Assembly (NCBI GenBank): GCA_051362555.1
Contig: CM120648.1
Span: 19,278,587-19,342,586 of the forward strand
From: Lingula anatina
Taxonomy: Eukaryota > Animalia > Brachiopoda
Direction: 5' to 3'
Length of the DNA stretch: 64,000 nt
Made by a program: the position numbers and the translations under genes. Shown in pieces: positions 58,802 through 64,000 of this stretch. The notes under the pieces were generated by a model, which worked only from the letters and a program-made list of their open reading frames with translations, was not told where the DNA came from and made no database searches. Numbering within the stretch: position 1 is the first letter of the stretch; the number at the start of each line of letters is the position of its first letter.

Positions 58802-61222
58802 TGGGCATTTTTACAATCCTGGGCACTTTTCAGATTTTCCCACATATTGCTAATTAACAAATTACATACATATGATCAAAAAATTCTTTTATCACTATGT
58901 TAGAGAGTGGTGTAAGTGAAGATAAACACTGAAAATAGAAACCAAATATCAACTCCGAGTCCAAAGTTATGCTAAAGCAAATCCCGAAAAATGACCAAAC
59001 AAATATCCCGTTTTAGTCATATGAAATAAAAAGCAATCTGAAATAAATTAAAACAGTGTTTGAAATTGCATTTTTTAAATTATAAAACACTCAGTAGTAA
59101 GGTGGAAGCAAAAAAAGTTTAAATATTAACAGGAGAGAGGTGTATCCTAGAAAAAAAAGTATTTTAATGGCATGCTGGTATTTCCGTTAAACGAAATGTC
59201 CAAACCGAAACAAAAATATATTACTTTCAGAAAATATATCATAAAACATACAGTATAATTAACCATCCTAATCATTATTTGGATGTATTGGTATTGTTTG
59301 TATCAAATAATGAAATCTGCGCGATGATTCTGGAGCTTGACATAGAGTGCAAAATAACCCTACCGTGTTTTTCCGTTAAATTTGTCCATTCCGAAACATT
59401 GGGTTTCTCTTACATAAAAAGAACATGTTGATACCTAGCCTGTAACAATATATATTTCTCTAAAGCCCAGGACATGTGATATTTATTTTTATATAAGAAA
59501 ACCCCAGTGCACAGAAACCCATTTAACTGTGGCCTTTTTTGAGATGCTTGTTAAAAATTGTCCATTCCGAAACAAAGTACCTTTACATTGCCAATGTTAT
59601 AAATAGAGAGAATTCTGTCTTTTTAATGCTGTATTTTTCACTTGGCATGAGCAAATTACCGTTAGAGCATCATGCATATGACATAAAAATAATAGAAAAA
59701 CATTTCTTTAGTGGCATCTTTTTAAATTTTTATATCTATCCTCAACAAAAAATTCATTTTTGCAAGTCAGCATCTTTTCTTTGGATCTACTAGAACTTCC
59801 ATTGCATATTTCCCAAAAGTTCATGTATTTCAAAGTCAAATTAACAATTAATTGAAGAGATTATAACAGTATAAATAGAAATAAAGGCAATTTGGATGCT
59901 TTGTATCGGAAAGGACATTTTTAACACATTGTCTAAAACACTTGTTTACTCTTTGGTCTGCTCATCTATTTATTATTCCTGAGGAAGAGGATGATGGGAA
60001 GCACATCAATTTTATGTAGAATATAACTTTGAATAATATAGCTTACCTTACTTTAAATATTGCTTACTTATGATGTACTTAAAAGTATTAGAAAATAGTT
60101 ATGAGGATACACATGTTAAAGTTGCGAGATTCAGTTCACTGGCAGGGTTTACGGAGGCACTTGCAGGCAGACACGTGCAGGTTATACTTAACTTCCTGTG
60201 ATTATTTATAATATATACATACGTCAGTATATATATATATCATTTAAGCAGTTTCGTAAATGTTAAATAAATGTCTATTCCGAAACACAGGACATGCCAA
60301 AAAGGACATATTTAAAAATGCAATTACTAAATTTAAACCTGACCTTGTCAAATAATATTTTATACAGCTATGAGCTGTATCAAAAGGAAGTAGAATAGGG
60401 TATAATGGAGTGTGGAAGACTCTATTTAATGTCATGATCAAATACTAATGGAGAAACATTTCAAAAAAGAATCAAAAACTATCCAAAATGACCAATTAAT
60501 GTAATAAAAACAGTTCAGTTTTAATCTAGTTAACTCATATTTTGTCCAATGATTGCTTCACCTGTACCTTGTAAACCAACATACTATGAGATCTTAAGGC
60601 ATTTTCATAAATGTTAAATAAATGTCCATTCCGAAACAAGGACATGTCTAAAAGGACATATTTTTAAACATGTCTTTACTGTTGGTAAATCTGACATTGT
60701 CAAATAATATTTTATACAGCTATGAACTGTAACAAAAGAAATTGCAATAAGGTATAATGGCGTAAAGAATACCTGGAATATATCTTAGAATCAATATTTA
60801 ATAAAATATCTCAAAATATCTCAGAATCGAAAACTTCATGGAGTCACATTTAATACTGAAACAGGAAAATTACAAAATATCATTGATTCGTCAAATTTTG
60901 GATATTTTCATCCATTTTTTTGCAAAAACATAAAAGAGCAATAGTCTCTGAGTAAAAGTAAGTGGTTTTTTGGAGATCAATACCTTAAATTATCATAAAA
61001 GTCAAACACTTCAAGGTTTAGCTTATGAAAATTAAAAAAATGATTTTCAAAATTCAAATAATCATATCTTTATACAAACACAAGGTTTTTATCTCGGGAT
61101 TGTCATTTCTTATACCCTTCAGGTCTATACTTTCAAGAAAAGTACAAATTTCAACACAATAATGACTTCTATTTTTGACCCTTGGTGGGAAAAAAAGGAG
61201 CCCAGGATTGTAAAAATGCCCA
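58802..61222. mobile_element. Unclassified non-autonomous TIR element (2.4 kb)
   Basis: Perfect TIRs TGGGCATTTTTACAATCCTGGGC / GCCCAGGATTGTAAAAATGCCCA, TA flanks; internal tgtccattccgaaaca-like motif about 5 times. Confidence 0.8.
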
Positions 61223-61944
61223 TATAACCTTGGGTTGTGTGATAGACATGTAACTTTAGTTTACAATCTGTGATAACTTTATTTTGTCAAGACGAATAAA
61301 TCTCTCTACTGCATTGAGTAAATTCCAACATACCTTGAACCCTACTATGTAGAAACAGTTGTGATCAGAGGGGATAACAGAACAATTAAAACATCTTGAC
61401 GCCATTTTTATTTACTACAAATATAGCGAAAGTCGACTGATTTTCTACAACATTCTTGAAAGAAAGAAGCACAGCGACCTAATATCCGCGACCAAATCGG
61501 CTATAATATTTGCTAATGACAATTGTGTAAAGAGACCAAATACATTTATATGTGTATGTTAGAAAAGTTTCTCTTTTGTATTTTGATTCATTACCACTTC
61601 TCCTTTTCCAAATCTGAAATTACTTAATATCCAATGAAGAAATACCCCTGTATCTAATGAGTTCATATAAGCAATATGGTCAGAATTAACCACAGATATG
61701 ACAGTTTTATTTAGATCTACTAGTACCTAGCCACAACAACATTTCAAACTAAGGGCAACACAAACGTGGTCTTCATGTTTGTTGCATATTGTAAGGCAAT
61801 GTTACATCCAAGCTGTAGTGACATTGTTGCTGCGTGGTTAAAGATGCTGTAAGCATATCCCAAAAAACTCCTTGTTTACTGCCTTGCGTACATTATAGTT
61901 GATAACAGATAAATCACCAGTATTCAGTTACTGTATTAATTAAC

Positions 61945-63516
61945 TTTTATACACATCATCTTACGGGTGACGTCATTAATATGATTTTGTGGCAAAACTG
62001 AAAAAAGTGTTTCTCAAATTTCTCCTTTACTTGAAGAACCACGAACACCGTTTTAACGCCAATTTAATGACACCTTTGAGTACTCCAAAACACTGTCAGC
62101 AATTTTTCTTAAAATCATTATTCAGATATTATCATCGATAAGGCAACATAATCCCTTTCTTTAGTGAGGATCTGTATATAAGGGCTCGTTAACTCCATAA
62201 TAAAAGTATTTAAACCAAAATGACGGAAAGAGATTGCAGCCTATTAACTTGTTGTCAGCTATGCCAATTTTCGTGATACAGTCTTATTCAGGGATACAGT
62301 TACGCCCCAAACCGATTGCTTTCCCACCTCAAAGTAGAATGGTGCTAAATTGACAAATAAAGGTTTTGGATTTGCCGATAATATATCGCCGACAATTTAT
62401 ATTTTTGAGGGCATTTTATTGTTTTATATCAGCAAAGATAGACCCACTATTGAATAATTAGATGCACGAATATCTCATTATCGCTATCGCGATGATAACA
62501 AAGGCTTACAATACCGTTAAGATTCGTCAGCTTATTTATTTCTAACAACCAGAACACAGCTTATCAGGCTGAGTACTATAGTGGCGTCACCACTTATTCA
62601 CCAAACGGTGACCCCGCCTGACGCAACACCTGCTCTATTAAAAAAAATATCTGAACATTTTTGTGAATTAGGTGTGACTTCTTTTGTCTTTTCAGATAAA
62701 GTCTCTAAAATATTTACAGTCTTTGTAATTTCCCTTCACATAATTAACAAGGAAAGGTGCTACTACTGGGAGGGGGGGGAGTTAAACGTTCATCATTTGT
62801 AGGAATAGTGCCCTTGCTGGCAAGGACCGCGCCGATTTAATGAAAACTTAAGCACTCTTAACTTGTACACTATTCTATCTTAACTTGTACACTATTCTAA
62901 AAAGGTGGATTACGCTCTGTTGCCAATGTTCTGTAAAGTCATATGCCTGTCTACATAAGGCTTTAGCCCTAAACTACGTGAACTAATTATTTTGCAAGTA
63001 TAACAACAGTTAGTTATATTTTACATTATTTCCATAAATTGTCAAAGCTGCAGGTGGACTGCAGTGCTATAAAAAGGAAACTTGCAACAAAAAAATTGGA
63101 AAATTGTCTTGGATAATTTGCCATTGAATAACTCAAGGTCAGAAAGGACGTTGCAAAGGCAGTCATCTCAAAATAACTTCTCTGTAGAGTATATTCAATA
63201 GATACTACATTTGGTTTTATTTTACTGACCCTGTCACCTGTACGTAAAGATATGCAAGGGATCATTTTCTGTTTACCAGCAAACGGGGATGAAAAGAAAG
63301 TTAACCACTATAACCAAGATAAACTGATCAGGGCATGGGAATTTATTGACATCAGAGCTGGCTGCAGCGATACTCTTTCGAGAGAACGCACCGTGACGGG
63401 TTAAATCTGTCTACGCTTATGGATGCAGAATGGTATTGTGACAGTCAGTGAATAGCTAAGAGCGAGGTAAGACCCTGTCACCTGAGCACTATTTGCTATA
63501 TATATAACACCTTGGC
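61945..63516 (+). repeat. Old ~1.5-kb direct duplicate, copy 2
   Basis: Collinear similarity with 43315-44836. Confidence 0.85.
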
Positions 63517-64000
63517 ATTCCAGTGCGCATTAGACCTGTATTCAGCATATTATTAGTAATTCTTGAATTTCCCACATCTTCCTGTAAATCACCAACACGC
63601 AACCATAAATGTTTTTGATCTGTATATCTGTTCTTGAGATGGCAATTGCTGATTTTTTGAGTCATTAAATTTATAATGTAGATTAAGACTGGCGATTTTC
63701 ACATGTGGCGGTATTAAAGTAATAGTGGTTATAACTTGGTCTTCTCTTGTTTGTCTTTAGTCTTACTTGATCATCTGTATAAATAGTCTATCACCAAATT
63801 CAAACTTCAGTACTGGAATTGTTCGTTGACAAGGCCATTCAACTGTGGTAAGTGAAGATTTCCTTTTACAAGTTTAGTTGTAATCTATCTGTATACTGAA
63901 GTACTTTGTACCTTTCAGTGGAGATGCCTTGAGATGTTTTGTAGCCAGACAGTCGTTATTTTCAAATAGGCTTAGATTTCTGGCACGCCCACTGAAGCTG

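Noticed and set aside
63560-64000. Possible decayed Gypsy integrase 3' end on the minus strand (PVLKFEFGDRLFIQ)
   Set aside because: Many stops and only a vague motif; needs BLASTX with sequence beyond the window

Overview
AT-rich animal (invertebrate, plausibly mollusc-like; inferred) genomic DNA with GT-AG introns and many transposons. One host gene can be assembled by hand on the + strand: 15 phase-compatible coding exons, 7297..23862, about 1905 aa. It encodes an unusual Roco protein: NHL beta-propeller - Roc GTPase (split by a micro-exon-encoded insert) - COR - ZU5 - UPA-like - Q/P-rich FQS-repeat linker - death-domain-like - CARD-like. This reads like an innate-immune or cell-death receptor, combining a PIDD/NLRP1/CARD8-type ZU5-UPA-death-fold output with a Roc-COR switch and an NHL sensor apparently captured from a TRIM-NHL-type gene. 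A truncated NHL paralog lies just downstream. The rest is TE-derived: an apparently intact, intron-containing pogo (DD35D) element with a PHD finger, nested in a Helentron-type repeat-array element; a gag-only LTR element inside an EnSpm-type element in intron 6; an inverted pair of ~2.4-kb Kolobok-like elements around another EnSpm-type element; decayed mariner and Tc1 copies; Harbinger/hAT MITEs; satellites; and an old non-coding tandem duplication. All domain calls are motif recognition by eye, not database searches.
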